Source: an uncultured Chloroflexia bacterium (lineage in GTDB: Bacteria > Chloroflexota > Anaerolineae > CG2-30-64-16). Taken from it: DNA of 64,000 nucleotides. The notes beneath the pieces were generated by a model that saw nothing but the letters and a program-made list of their open reading frames with translations, was not told the DNA's origin and ran no database searches. Below, in pieces: positions 1 through 9,263 of this stretch. The translations under genes and the position numbers were made by a program. The number at the start of each line of letters is the position of its first letter. Within the stretch, counting starts at the first letter, position 1. The DNA lies in the NCBI GenBank assembly GCA_963810095.1, contig CAWEMM010000009.1, positions 608,001 through 672,000 on the forward strand, in the 5' to 3' direction.

Positions 1-394
1 CATCCGCCGCCGGTTCTTCGATCGGTGTGAACTCTGAACCGATGTCGGGGCGCAGCCGCACGGCCTCGCGCAGGTAGATGTGGCGCACGTCGTAGATCGG
101 GCGCTCGGTATTCCAATGGATCAGCGTGCGGACCGTGCGGGGGAGGCCCTCGTCCGTCTCGATCTCCACTGCGCTGAGCAGCGGCACGTGATGCCAGCCG
201 AACTCGCGGGCCGCCCGCGCGGGAAATGCGGCCGTCAGATCAGGCGTGACCGTGAAGATCGCGCTCGCGACGTCCTCCGGGTTCACGCTGTTGGCAGTGA
301 CGATGGCGGCGAGTAGTTCCTGCGTGGCAGTGAGAATCGCCTCGACGGTGTTGGATTCCACGGTGGTGGCGCCGCGGATGCCTCGAACGGCCAT
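1..394 (-). CDS. aroH: AroH-type chorismate mutase (runs off window start)
   Basis: Manual translation, not in ORF track: MAVRGIRGATTVESNTVEAILTATQELL...SAIFTVTPDLTAAFPARAAREFGWHHVPLL...HWNT...HIYLREAVRLRPD, matching the AroH family pattern; SD AGGAGGAGG upstream. Confidence 0.93.
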   Translation of the reverse strand, partial: MAVRGIRGATTVESNTVEAILTATQELLAAIVTANSVNPEDVASAIFTVTPDLTAAFPARAAREFGWHHVPLLSAVEIETDEGLPRTVRTLIHWNTERPIYDVRHIYLREAVRLRPDIGSEFTPIEEPAAD

Positions 395-473
395 GATGAG
401 ACCTCCTCCTTCTTCGCTGCCTTGTTGGGCGGGTGCACGCAGCGCACACATGAGCCCAACAAGAGGATGAAAT

Positions 474-503
474 AAAAAAAGCGTGGAAGCTGGGCCTCCA
501 CGC
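474..503 (-). terminator. Intrinsic (attenuator) terminator upstream of aroH
   Basis: Minus strand GCGTGGAGG-CCCAG-CTTCCACGC followed by TTTTTTTATT, located between the leader peptide and aroH. Confidence 0.88.
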
Positions 504-530
504 TCGGCTATTCTTGGCTGGACTCTGGCG

Positions 531-632
531 TCATTGCTTCAGCGGCAAACCATCTCCAGCCGGCGGGGGGCAAAGCCGGGGCGGGCTGGAATAATAAAAG
601 AAGAAATAGCGGCTGATCAGCAGAAGACGCAT
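531..632 (-). CDS. Phe/Tyr-rich attenuator leader peptide (33 aa)
   Basis: Manual translation MRLLLISRYFFFYYSSPPRLCPPPAGDGLPLKQ*; six consecutive Tyr/Phe codons in a GC-rich genome, upstream of a terminator and chorismate mutase. Confidence 0.85.
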   Translation of the reverse strand: MRLLLISRYFFFYYSSPPRLCPPPAGDGLPLKQ

Positions 633-693
633 CGGGTTACAACCTCAGTGCGAGTGATGGGTCACGATCAGTACCCGTGACACAAGTGGCGGG

Positions 694-723
694 ATGATAG
701 CACGGCGTTCGCGCAATTGTCAA
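694..723 (-). promoter_or_regulatory. Sigma70-type promoter for leader-aroH
   Basis: TTGACA (723-718), N18, TATCAT (699-694) preceded by TGn (extended -10). Confidence 0.65.
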
Positions 724-851
724 ACCGTCAATACGCGAGGAAGGACAAGTGAACCAATGCTTCACAAATCCGGCACTTAGCGCGCCTTTGATTCTTTAGT
801 TTTTGTGGGTAGAATAAGCGGACCCTTTCAACATGAGCAAAGGAGCGCGTC

Positions 852-1397
852 ATGGCCGTAACTGAAGCGAAACAGAGGATCGTCAACCGAGTGTGGCAGT
901 CGATTGCCACGAGCGGAGTGTCCGTCAGCGCGATTCCGAAAGACCAACTGGATACGCTCGTCGACGCGATTGCCGACGGCGTTCTTGTCGCCATCGATCA
1001 CGAGTTTGAGGAAGCCGGGCTGCCGTCGAGGGGCCTGGCTGCCGAGACGGCGCCCACGCTGGGCGACGAGGAGAAGCTGCTGTGGGAGGGCCGGCCGTTC
1101 CTCTCGCTGGCCACGTACTACCGCATTACCAACCAGCGGGTTCGCGCGCAGTACGGCGTCATCGGCCGCGACTACGACGACATCGAGCTGATCCGCATCC
1201 AGGACCTCGACCGCACGCAGGGCTTGACCGAGCGGATGCTCGGCATCGGGGACATCCACATCATGAGCTCCGATCCGTCGCGCCCCACGATGGTGCTTAA
1301 CAACGTGGCCGACCCCGATCAGGTACACGAAATTTTGCGGAAGGCCATGCTCGAGGCACGTAAGAAGTATCGCTACAGCGTGCAGGAAGAGATGTAG
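852..1397 (+). CDS. Bacterial PH (bPH_2) domain protein
   Basis: EEKLLWEGRP...YRITNQRV...GVIGRDYDDIELIRIQDL...QGLTERMLGIGDI pattern; SD AAGGAG upstream. Confidence 0.8.
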   Translation: MAVTEAKQRIVNRVWQSIATSGVSVSAIPKDQLDTLVDAIADGVLVAIDHEFEEAGLPSRGLAAETAPTLGDEEKLLWEGRPFLSLATYYRITNQRVRAQYGVIGRDYDDIELIRIQDLDRTQGLTERMLGIGDIHIMSSDPSRPTMVLNNVADPDQVHEILRKAMLEARKKYRYSVQEEM

Positions 1398-1443
1398 GAT
1401 TATCCAGCGGGCTCGCGCTCGGGCGAACCGCTAACCCCCACAC

Positions 1444-1493
1444 ACTTCGGGGCTTGCCCTGCACTCAGGTCAGGGCAAACCCCGAAGTCTTTT
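1444..1493 (+). terminator. Long hairpin between convergent genes, likely terminator
   Basis: ACTTCGGGGcTTGCCCTG ... CAGGGCAAaCCCCGAAGT then CTTTT. Confidence 0.6.
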
Positions 1494-1810
1494 CACCGGC
1501 GGTGCGCCGCCATCTCGGGGGCGGCTTCCCCTCCATCCCCCGTGACCCGCACGCACTCGGGTACGCCGACGCATTCGACCGAGATGAGGGAATAACCCCA
1601 ATCCACCAGGCCGCAAAGCAGCCCGGTGAGAGCAGCCTGGTCGGCCACGATGCCGCGCAAGACACTCTTCGGATGTCCGTTCCCGTTGCGAACTTCCTCG
1701 ACGTTGATCCCATCGAAGTAGTCGGCCAGGTTGACCCCTAGCTGGCCCTGCACACAGATCCGATAATCGGCCGGCGCATCCAGCGTCAGCCGCGCATGGT
1801 CCAGATTCAT
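1493..1810 (-). CDS. Conserved hypothetical protein (YxIxVxGxL...DQAALxGLL type)
   Basis: ATG at 1810 with SD GGGGAGAAG; motif YRICVQGQL...LRGIVADQAALTGLL...LISV. Confidence 0.7.
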   Translation of the reverse strand: MNLDHARLTLDAPADYRICVQGQLGVNLADYFDGINVEEVRNGNGHPKSVLRGIVADQAALTGLLCGLVDWGYSLISVECVGVPECVRVTGDGGEAAPEMAAHRR

Positions 1811-1901
1811 CTTCTCCCCTTGCGTTGCGATTTTCACACTACATCAAACATCTACTCTACCCTATCGCAGCCTGCCAATACATGAGAACCGGCTAAGGGC
1901 A

Positions 1902-1930
1902 ATATTAAGCTTTGGTCGTGCCTGTGTCAA
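1902..1930 (-). promoter_or_regulatory. Sigma70-type promoter
   Basis: TTGACA (1930-1925), N17, TAATAT (1907-1902). Confidence 0.65.
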
Positions 1931-2008
1931 CGGAGCAATGGCGTAAAGACGAGAGCTATGCCGGATCAGACTGCTGTTGCATCCGGGAGTGAGCCGTAGG
2001 GTTCAGAC

Positions 2009-2052
2009 GGGCCCGAAACGGACCATCGGAGAGGCCAGTCCGTTTCGGGCCC
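2009..2052. terminator. Perfect 15-bp inverted repeat downstream of the SH3-PD40 gene
   Basis: GGGCCCGAAACGGAC-N14-GTCCGTTTCGGGCCC; no U-tract. Confidence 0.45.
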
Positions 2053-2067
2053 CAGGCGTGCGACCTC

Positions 2068-3231
2068 CTACGGCCGCCACGCCATCTTTTCGAAGAACCA
2101 GAGCGGTAGGACGTCTGCCGAGACCACTTTCGTGACGCCGCTTCCATCCGGCCGCATAGTGTAGATGCCCCACTTGCCATCGCGGTCCGAGCGGAAAGCG
2201 ATCAATTTGCCGTCGGGTGACCAGACGGGCAGGCCGTCACTTTGCGGCGTCGTGGTCAGCCGGGTATTGCCTGATCCATCCCGCTTGATCACGTAAATCT
2301 CGAAGTTGCCGTCCTCCTTCGAAATATAGGCGATCTGTTGGCCATCCGGCGACCAGGCCGGCTGCCCGTCGCCGCCGCCGGTTGTCAGTCGCCGCACTTC
2401 CCCGCTGTCGGGGTTGGTCAGCCAGATCCCGCACGCCCCCCCATTGCAGGCCCGGTAAGCAATCCAGTTGTCGATCGGGCTCCACGCCGGATATTCGCCC
2501 GTTCCCAGCTCGCGCAGGCCATTGCCGTCGGTGTTGATCAGCCAGATGCTGTCGCCGCCCATCAGCGTGAGCCGGTCGCCGCCGGGAGAGAACGAGGGAT
2601 AGGCGCCGCCCTCGATCACCAGCCGTTCGCCGGAGAAGTCGGGAGCGGAGATATACACGCCGGGTTTGTCGCCAACCGCGCCGGGCCAGGCAAAGTATAC
2701 CAACTGCTTGTTGTCGCGCGAGAAGGCCAGCTCCGTCCGCCAGTCGTTGAGCTTGCGGCTCTTGCCGGTCGCGAAGTTGTATTCCCACACCTCCCAGCGC
2801 TTGTCGGCCATGTTGGCAACCGAGTACAGGAGGATGCCCCGCGGTTTGCCGGCGGCCGTTCCGGCCGTTGCAGGCTTGGCTGCGGCGGCAGGCGCTGGCG
2901 GGATATCCTTCACCACCGCCACTTTCCCCAGCCCGCCCTTGATCGTGAGCAGCGACGCGCTGGCCCAGCCGTTCTTGCCACTGAAGCAGCAAAGCTGGAG
3001 CCAGGAACCGTTCTGATTCTTGCCCTTGACGTCGAAGGTCTCGCCCTTTTTGGCAGCGGCGATGACGGGGTAGGTGGATCCGGGGCCGCTCCGCACGTTG
3101 AGACTTGCGCCCTTGACAGTGGCGGTCGGTCCTGCTTGTGCGTTTGCGATGAGCACAGGGGTGAAGAGCAGGACCAGGACCAACGCGAGCCAGATAAGCA
3201 TACCGAGACGTGACTGACTCTTGGCAGACAT
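2068..3231 (-). CDS. Secreted SH3b plus TolB-like (PD40) beta-propeller protein
   Basis: Signal peptide; LNVRSGPGSTYPVI SH3 motif; repeated PxWSPDG motifs. Confidence 0.88.
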   Translation of the reverse strand: MSAKSQSRLGMLIWLALVLVLLFTPVLIANAQAGPTATVKGASLNVRSGPGSTYPVIAAAKKGETFDVKGKNQNGSWLQLCCFSGKNGWASASLLTIKGGLGKVAVVKDIPPAPAAAAKPATAGTAAGKPRGILLYSVANMADKRWEVWEYNFATGKSRKLNDWRTELAFSRDNKQLVYFAWPGAVGDKPGVYISAPDFSGERLVIEGGAYPSFSPGGDRLTLMGGDSIWLINTDGNGLRELGTGEYPAWSPIDNWIAYRACNGGACGIWLTNPDSGEVRRLTTGGGDGQPAWSPDGQQIAYISKEDGNFEIYVIKRDGSGNTRLTTTPQSDGLPVWSPDGKLIAFRSDRDGKWGIYTMRPDGSGVTKVVSADVLPLWFFEKMAWRP

Positions 3232-3458
3232 ACGGCACGCTCCTTCGCGTAGGATGACTCAGTTGTCACACTCCAGCGATGTACGCCGGGTGAATTCCGA
3301 CACAGGCAATTGTGACAAGTTCTTCAAGTGTTGGGACTGTCGTTGCACGGACCCTTTGCTCGCCTGCATTGAGGCCGGGGGAGCGTATCGAGGTCGGTTT
3401 CCGATCGTGTGGTAGAATGGCTGAATTGTCGCTTCCCTATTGTTCGAAGGAGGGCATC

Positions 3459-4301
3459 ATGACCCGCATCGTTGCGGACACCACTTGCGGCCTGCCGCCT
3501 GAGCTGTACGGGCGGCTCGGCATCCCTATGATTCCCCAGGTAATCAATTTCGGTGACGAGTCGTTTCGCGAGGGCGTGGACATGGACGCGGCTACATTCA
3601 TGGCCCGCCTGCGCACGGGGAAGGAGATGCCGAAAACCGCAGCGCCATACCCTGGTGATTTCATCGACGTCTTCCAGGAGTGTGTGCGAGAGGGGGAGAG
3701 CGTCGTCTGCGTGCACCCTACGGCCGATCTGAGCGGCACGGTTCGCTCGGCCGAGATCGCGAAGAACGATTTTCCCGGCGCCGATATCCGCATCATCGAC
3801 ACGCGGCTGGTGGCGGGCCCGCTTGGTTCACTGGTCCTCGAGGCCGACCGGCTGGCCAAGCAGGGGGCCAGCGCGGACGAGGTAGAAGCACGCGTTCGGG
3901 AGATGATGGTGCGGGGCAAGATTTACTTCATCGTGGACACGCTCGAGTTCCTGCGCCGGGGTGGCCGGATTGGCGGCGCGCAAGCTCTGCTGGGCTCGGT
4001 GCTGCAGATTAAGCCGATCCTGACGCTGGTCAACGGGCGTATCGACCAGTTCGAGCGCGAGCGCACGAAGAAGAAGGCCCTGGCCCGCCTCACCGAACTG
4101 GTGCTGCAAGAATCGGCGCGCGGCGCGGAGGCGCACATCAGCGTGAACCATGCCGACGCCCGTGACGACGCCGAGGAACTGGCGGCCGAGCTGAAGCGCC
4201 GGCTGGGCACCGACGACGTGCTCATCCTGGACATGCCACCGGCCATCGTCACCCATGCAGGACCCGGTTTATTGGCGGTCGGCTTCTTCGCACCCGCGTG
4301 A
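3459..4301 (+). CDS. DegV family fatty-acid-binding protein
   Basis: RIVADTTCGLP, PKTAAP, LSGT, IIDTR, VDTLEFLRRGGRI, IKPIL, THAGPG motifs; SD AAGGAGG. Confidence 0.93.
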   Translation: MTRIVADTTCGLPPELYGRLGIPMIPQVINFGDESFREGVDMDAATFMARLRTGKEMPKTAAPYPGDFIDVFQECVREGESVVCVHPTADLSGTVRSAEIAKNDFPGADIRIIDTRLVAGPLGSLVLEADRLAKQGASADEVEARVREMMVRGKIYFIVDTLEFLRRGGRIGGAQALLGSVLQIKPILTLVNGRIDQFERERTKKKALARLTELVLQESARGAEAHISVNHADARDDAEELAAELKRRLGTDDVLILDMPPAIVTHAGPGLLAVGFFAPA

Positions 4302-4309
4302 GGGCAGCC

Positions 4310-5431
4310 ATGACACTAAACATCGCCACGGTCGACACGTCGTCGCGGCGCGACGTCGATCGCTTCATCTTGCTGCCCTGGGCCATCTACCAGGGCACCC
4401 CCCAGTGGGTACCGCCGTTCGTCGACGACACCCGGTTGATGCTCAACCGCAAGAAATATCCCTTTTACCAACACTCCGACGCCGATTTCTTCGTGGCCCT
4501 GCGTGACGGCAAGCCGGTCGGACGCATCGCGGTGTTGGATAACCGTCATTACAACCAGCACTGGGGCAGCCACACCGCGTTCTTCTACCTCTTCGACGCC
4601 TTCGACGACGCCGGGGCCGCCGCCGCACTCTTCGCTCAAATCGAACAGTGGGCCAAGGGCCGCGGGCTCGACAAGATCGTCGGCGCGAAGGGCTTCCTGC
4701 AGGGCGACGGCATCGGGGTACTGGTCGAGGGGTTCGAGCATCACCCTGCGGTTGGCATCCCCTACAACCATGCCTACTATGGCAAGCTTATCGAGGCGGC
4801 CGGTTACCTGCCCCAGCGCGACTTCCTCTCCGCCTACCTGCCGGGCAAAACGGTTCTGCCAGAGCGGCTGCACCAGATTGCGGCGAAGATGATGGAGCGC
4901 CGCGGTTTTTCCATCCGCACCTTCGCCAACAAAAAAGAGCTGACGGCTTGGATTCCGCGCATCGTGCAGACTTACAACGACACCTTCGTCAACAACTGGG
5001 AATTTAACCCGGTGACCGAGGCCGAAGCGAAGGTCATCGGCGACCGGCTGCTGCAAATCGCAGACCCGAGGCTGATCAAGCTCGTTATGAAGGGCGACGA
5101 CATCGCCGGCTTCCTGTTCGGCTTCCCAGATATTTCGGATGGCATCCGCAAGGCCAACGGCCGCCTCTGGCCGCTCGGATGGATTCATCTCTTGCGCGAC
5201 ATGAAGCGGACGAAGTGGATCAATCTCAACGGCGCCGGCATCCTTGCGCCGTACCGGGGCCTGGGCGTCAACGCAATTCTGTACGTGGAGATGGAAAAGA
5301 CGATGCACAGCGGCGGCTTCGATCACGCCGACCTGGTCCAGATGGAAGAGCACGTGCTGACCGTGGAGGACACGAAGACGATGGGCGGCACGATCTACAA
5401 GAAGCACCGGATCTATGAAAAAACCATCTGA
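4310..5431 (+). CDS. YghO/bCerS-like GNAT-fold N-acyltransferase
   Basis: FILLPWAIY...WVPP...PFYQH...VGRIA...GVLVEGF...PYNHAYY...NNWEF...GFPD...NGRLWPLG...YRGLG pattern. Confidence 0.75.
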   Translation: MTLNIATVDTSSRRDVDRFILLPWAIYQGTPQWVPPFVDDTRLMLNRKKYPFYQHSDADFFVALRDGKPVGRIAVLDNRHYNQHWGSHTAFFYLFDAFDDAGAAAALFAQIEQWAKGRGLDKIVGAKGFLQGDGIGVLVEGFEHHPAVGIPYNHAYYGKLIEAAGYLPQRDFLSAYLPGKTVLPERLHQIAAKMMERRGFSIRTFANKKELTAWIPRIVQTYNDTFVNNWEFNPVTEAEAKVIGDRLLQIADPRLIKLVMKGDDIAGFLFGFPDISDGIRKANGRLWPLGWIHLLRDMKRTKWINLNGAGILAPYRGLGVNAILYVEMEKTMHSGGFDHADLVQMEEHVLTVEDTKTMGGTIYKKHRIYEKTI

Positions 5432-6659
5432 GCCAAGGCCCGCCGAGCAGGCCGGACCCAAGCGAGTGTTGATCCTGTCGGCCGATGCGGGCTTCGGGCA
5501 CAAAGCAGCCGCCAATGCGATTGCTGCCGCCTTTGCGTCCGGCTTCCCCGGCCGCGCCGAGGCCACGATCGTGAATCCGCTCGACCACGACAACGCGCCG
5601 GGCCTGCTCGTCTCCGCACAGGACGACTACGACCGGATGATCCAACAGGCGCCTGAGGTGTACCGGGTGGGCTACCAGGCGTCGGACGGTGCAATCCCTG
5701 CTGGAATCGCCGAGCAGGCGCTAGCGCTCATGATGTTCAGCGTGCTGCGCGACATCCTGAGCACCCACCGGCCCGACGTCGTGATCACCACCTATCCCCT
5801 GTACCAGGCCGCGCTCGCCACACTCGCCGCGGTCTCGCGCAAGAGCGCACCTTTCCTCACCGTGGTGACCGACCTCGCGACGGTGCATCGCCTGTGGTTC
5901 AATGAAAGCGCGCAGATGTGCCTGGTGCCAACTGAGGCCGTTGCCCGCAAGGCGCTCGAAAGCGGCCTGAGCGCCGAACGGGTGGAGATCACGGGCCTGC
6001 CGGTGAACCCACAACTGGGGCGACCGGTCGATAAGGCGGCGCTGAGGGCGAAGCTGGGTTGGCGCAGCGACCGGGTGGTCGGGTTGTTCACGGGCAGCAA
6101 GCGGGTGAAGAAGCTCGAGCCGGTCGTCCAGGTGTTGAACCATTCCGGGCTGCCGCTTGAACTGGCCATCGTCGCCGGCGGAGACGAAGCGCTCCGAGAG
6201 CGCCTCGCGTCCGTGGAGTGGCACCAGCCCGCGCACGTCTACGGGTACGTGGACAACATGGTCGAACTGATGCAGGCCGCCGACTTCATCGTCTGCAAAG
6301 CGGGCGGGCTCATCGTGTCGGAGGCGTTGGCCGCGGGCCTGCCGCTCCTGATCGTCGAGGCGCTGCCGGGCCAGGAAACCGGCAACGTCGAGCACGTGAT
6401 GCAGGGCGGCGCGGGCGTGTTGGTCAACGACCCGGCCGAAGCGCTCGTCCAGGTGTTTCACTGGCTGGACAACGAATGCGCCGCGCTGAAGGTCACGGCC
6501 CAGCACTCGCGGGCCATCGGGCGACCGGACGCGGCGATTCGGGTGGCGGAGCGGGCGCTGGAAATAGCGGCCCGCGAGCCTCGGCCGGTGGGTAGAGGCC
6601 TCTCGGCGCAGCTGCCGAGGTTACGCGAGCTGCTGGGGCTGACACCGGGCGAGGCATAA
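5415..6659 (+). CDS. MGDG synthase/UgtP-like glycosyltransferase (GT28)
   Basis: ILSADAGFGHKAAA, VVTD, TGLPV, GYVDNMVELMQAAD, KAGGL, PGQETGN motifs. Confidence 0.9.
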   Translation: MKKPSEPRPAEQAGPKRVLILSADAGFGHKAAANAIAAAFASGFPGRAEATIVNPLDHDNAPGLLVSAQDDYDRMIQQAPEVYRVGYQASDGAIPAGIAEQALALMMFSVLRDILSTHRPDVVITTYPLYQAALATLAAVSRKSAPFLTVVTDLATVHRLWFNESAQMCLVPTEAVARKALESGLSAERVEITGLPVNPQLGRPVDKAALRAKLGWRSDRVVGLFTGSKRVKKLEPVVQVLNHSGLPLELAIVAGGDEALRERLASVEWHQPAHVYGYVDNMVELMQAADFIVCKAGGLIVSEALAAGLPLLIVEALPGQETGNVEHVMQGGAGVLVNDPAEALVQVFHWLDNECAALKVTAQHSRAIGRPDAAIRVAERALEIAAREPRPVGRGLSAQLPRLRELLGLTPGEA

Positions 6660-6683
6660 GCGCAACGGGCGCCCCAGTGACGG

Positions 6684-7396
6684 CTACTCGGGGCGCCACT
6701 CTGCTTCCCGCGCCAGCGCGTCGAGCGCGGCGTTCTGCGCGGCAAGTTGCTTGCTGGGCCCCTCACCTTCGCCGTACACCGTGTCGCCAATGCTGACCTG
6801 GACGCGGAAGACTTTTGCGTGGTCGGGCCCCTCGGCAGAAACGGTCCGATAGCGGGGCGTGACGCCGAGGCCCGCCTGCGCCATCTCCTGCAACCGGCTC
6901 TTTGGGTCCTTGTCCTCGACCTCGGTCCGCGCGCCCCCATCTCCCCCTGCATCATCGGGATCACCCAATTCGAAACCGCGGTCAGGTCCTGGTCGAGGTA
7001 GAGCGCGCCGACGACGGCTTCGAAGGCGGCACAAAGGGTAGCCGGCCGCTGGCGGCCGCCCGTTTCCACCTCGCCGTGCCCCATCAGCAGCGACTGGCCG
7101 ATGCCCAGCTTGACGGCGAGCCGTGAGAGGGTTTCGCGGCGCACGAGCGCAGCGCGGAGGCCGGTCAGCTCCCCCTCCGAGGCGTTGGGGAAGGACTCGA
7201 AAAGAAAATCTGCCAGCAGGAAATCGAGCACTGCGTCGCCGAGGTACTCCAACCGTTCGTTATCTTCCCAGTCCACCTCGGCATGTTCGTTCAGATAGGA
7301 CCGGTGCGTGAGCGCCGTGCGCAGCAGTGCCCGGTCCTTGAAAGACACGCCGTTTCGCCCGGCAAATTCGTCCAGGATTTCGTCTACACCCTGCAT
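6684..7396 (-). CDS. rnc: Ribonuclease III (frameshift near 6935, probably a sequencing error)
   Basis: ALTHRS, NERLEYLGDAVL, FEAVVGALYLD in one frame; dsRBD DPKSRLQE...GPDHAKVF...GPSKQLAAQNAA in the next frame. Confidence 0.93.
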
Positions 7397-7514
7397 GCCC
7401 GTCTCCCTTGCTTTAGTTGACGGGCAAGTATAGCACGGCCGGCCTGGCTTGTCATTCGTGCGGCGAACAAATGACAAGTCACGCCGCCTGGCCCTTCCTG
7501 CCGGGGCCCCTTAT

Positions 7515-9263
7515 CTACTGACCCGCCTCGTCCGAGCTTTCCAGGAACTTCTGGATCTTCGCCTTCACGGTTGCCTTCTTCCCGGGATAGTCCTCGAAGG
7601 TCTGCTTGTGCCGGTTGAAAGCTTCCGAATAGATGTTGTCCATGAAGGTCTGGCGGTTGAAGAAGCTGTACCGCTCTTTCGGGTCCAGGAACAGGTTGAA
7701 CAGCCGCGGCGACGGATAGCTTTCGAGGGTGGTTGAGGCTTCGCCGTTGATCACGTCGAAGTCGTCGAAGGCCATGCCGGCAGACATGAACTTGTACTCT
7801 GCCACCCGTATCCCGCTAAAGGTGCTGCCCATCCACAGGTAGACGTACTTTCGATTTGACAGGCTGTCATCGGTCAGCAGGAATGAGGTCTGGTCGATGC
7901 TGTCCATGTACTGCTCTTTCGGCGGCCGGTACTGCACCCCCGCCAGGTCGAGCGAGGTGAGAAACAGGTCGGAGAGGTCGAACATGCCAATGCTCTGCTG
8001 GCCCGGTGTGATCATACCCTTCCAGTACGCAACCAGCGGCACCCGTACGCCGCCTTCCCACGTACAGCCGATGCCGCCCCGAAACGGCGTCCAGCCCGCA
8101 TCGGGCCAGGGTTCCATCATCGGGCCATTATCCGACGTGACGATGATCAGCGTGTTCTCCAGCTGACCGGTGTCTTCCAGCGTCTTGACGAGCCGCCCGA
8201 CCGCGTCGTCCAGTTCCACGAGGCAATCCTTGTACGGGTACTTGGCCAGCGATTTGCCCTTGTAGTCCGGATTGGGATAGTTCTTGACGTGGTTGCCGCG
8301 GGAACAGTGGTACAGGAACCAGGGCTGTTCGCCCTCGGCCATCTTCTTGATGAAGTCCTCAGAGTAGGTGGTAAACATGTCGTCGAGCTGGGCGCTCAAC
8401 TCGATGGTGACTTCTTCCACATTCTCCAGCGGCTTGCCTTTGACTGCGTGCACGACGTTAGGGTTGAACCCCACCGTCTTCACATACGCCTGCCGGTCCG
8501 GGCTGAGCGCAAACTCGGGTGCGAACGTTTCATCCTGCCAGTCCGTGTAAAGGCCCGACCAGCCGAGGAAGCCGTAGAAGTCGTCAAAGCCCACGTTGTG
8601 GGGTTGCGATTCGACGTTCTCGCCGCAGTGCCACTTGCCCACGGCCTGGGTGAAGTAGCCGTTTTCGCTGAGCACCCGGGCGACCGTGGTCTCGTCATCG
8701 AGGACGCCCGGCTCGCCGGCAAAGCTCGGCCGCAGCGCGCCCGTGCGCATGGGCAGCCGGCCCGTGAGCAGCGTGCAGCGTGTGGGAGTGCAGGAAGGCT
8801 GCGAATAGGCGTACATGAGCTGCAGGCCCTCGCGGCCCAAGCGGTCGATGTTGGGAGTTGGCGCGCCGGCCATCGCCCCGCCGCCATAGATACCCCAGTC
8901 GCCGTAGCCCACGTTGTCCATCAGAAAGATCAGGATATTCGGCTTCTTGCCCGTCTTCTTCTCCAGCGCGGCCAGCTTCTGCTTCGCGGCAGCCGCTTGG
9001 TCGTCGTGGGGGATGACCGGCTCCATGTTATCCGCCACCTTTACGGTCGTGGCGGCCAACGGGTCGGTGCTGCTGCCTGCCTGCAGCCGGCTCAGCACAT
9101 TCTCGTGGAGTTCTCGGGGGAACGGAACGCCAACGGGCCGGGCTGCTGACCTCGCGCTCGCGGCAGCGCCTGCGACCCCGGGGGTGAGGCCCGCACCTGC
9201 GCTCAGGGCCACTGCGCCCGCGCCACAGACTTTGGCGAACTCACGACGCGAAAGCTTCTTCAT
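7515..9263 (-). CDS. Tat-exported arylsulfatase (Cys-type)
   Basis: MKKLSRREF twin-arginine signal; KPNILIFLMD, SCTPTR (CxPxR), GKWH, SDNG, WEGGVRVP motifs; SD AGGAGG. Confidence 0.92.
   Translation of the reverse strand: MKKLSRREFAKVCGAGAVALSAGAGLTPGVAGAAASARSAARPVGVPFPRELHENVLSRLQAGSSTDPLAATTVKVADNMEPVIPHDDQAAAAKQKLAALEKKTGKKPNILIFLMDNVGYGDWGIYGGGAMAGAPTPNIDRLGREGLQLMYAYSQPSCTPTRCTLLTGRLPMRTGALRPSFAGEPGVLDDETTVARVLSENGYFTQAVGKWHCGENVESQPHNVGFDDFYGFLGWSGLYTDWQDETFAPEFALSPDRQAYVKTVGFNPNVVHAVKGKPLENVEEVTIELSAQLDDMFTTYSEDFIKKMAEGEQPWFLYHCSRGNHVKNYPNPDYKGKSLAKYPYKDCLVELDDAVGRLVKTLEDTGQLENTLIIVTSDNGPMMEPWPDAGWTPFRGGIGCTWEGGVRVPLVAYWKGMITPGQQSIGMFDLSDLFLTSLDLAGVQYRPPKEQYMDSIDQTSFLLTDDSLSNRKYVYLWMGSTFSGIRVAEYKFMSAGMAFDDFDVINGEASTTLESYPSPRLFNLFLDPKERYSFFNRQTFMDNIYSEAFNRHKQTFEDYPGKKATVKAKIQKFLESSDEAGQ

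Noticed and set aside
283-501. 72-aa minus-strand ORF containing RFFYF as an alternative leader peptide
   Set aside because: The Phe codons come from the terminator T-tract and the ORF overlaps aroH out of frame; the real leader is 531-632.
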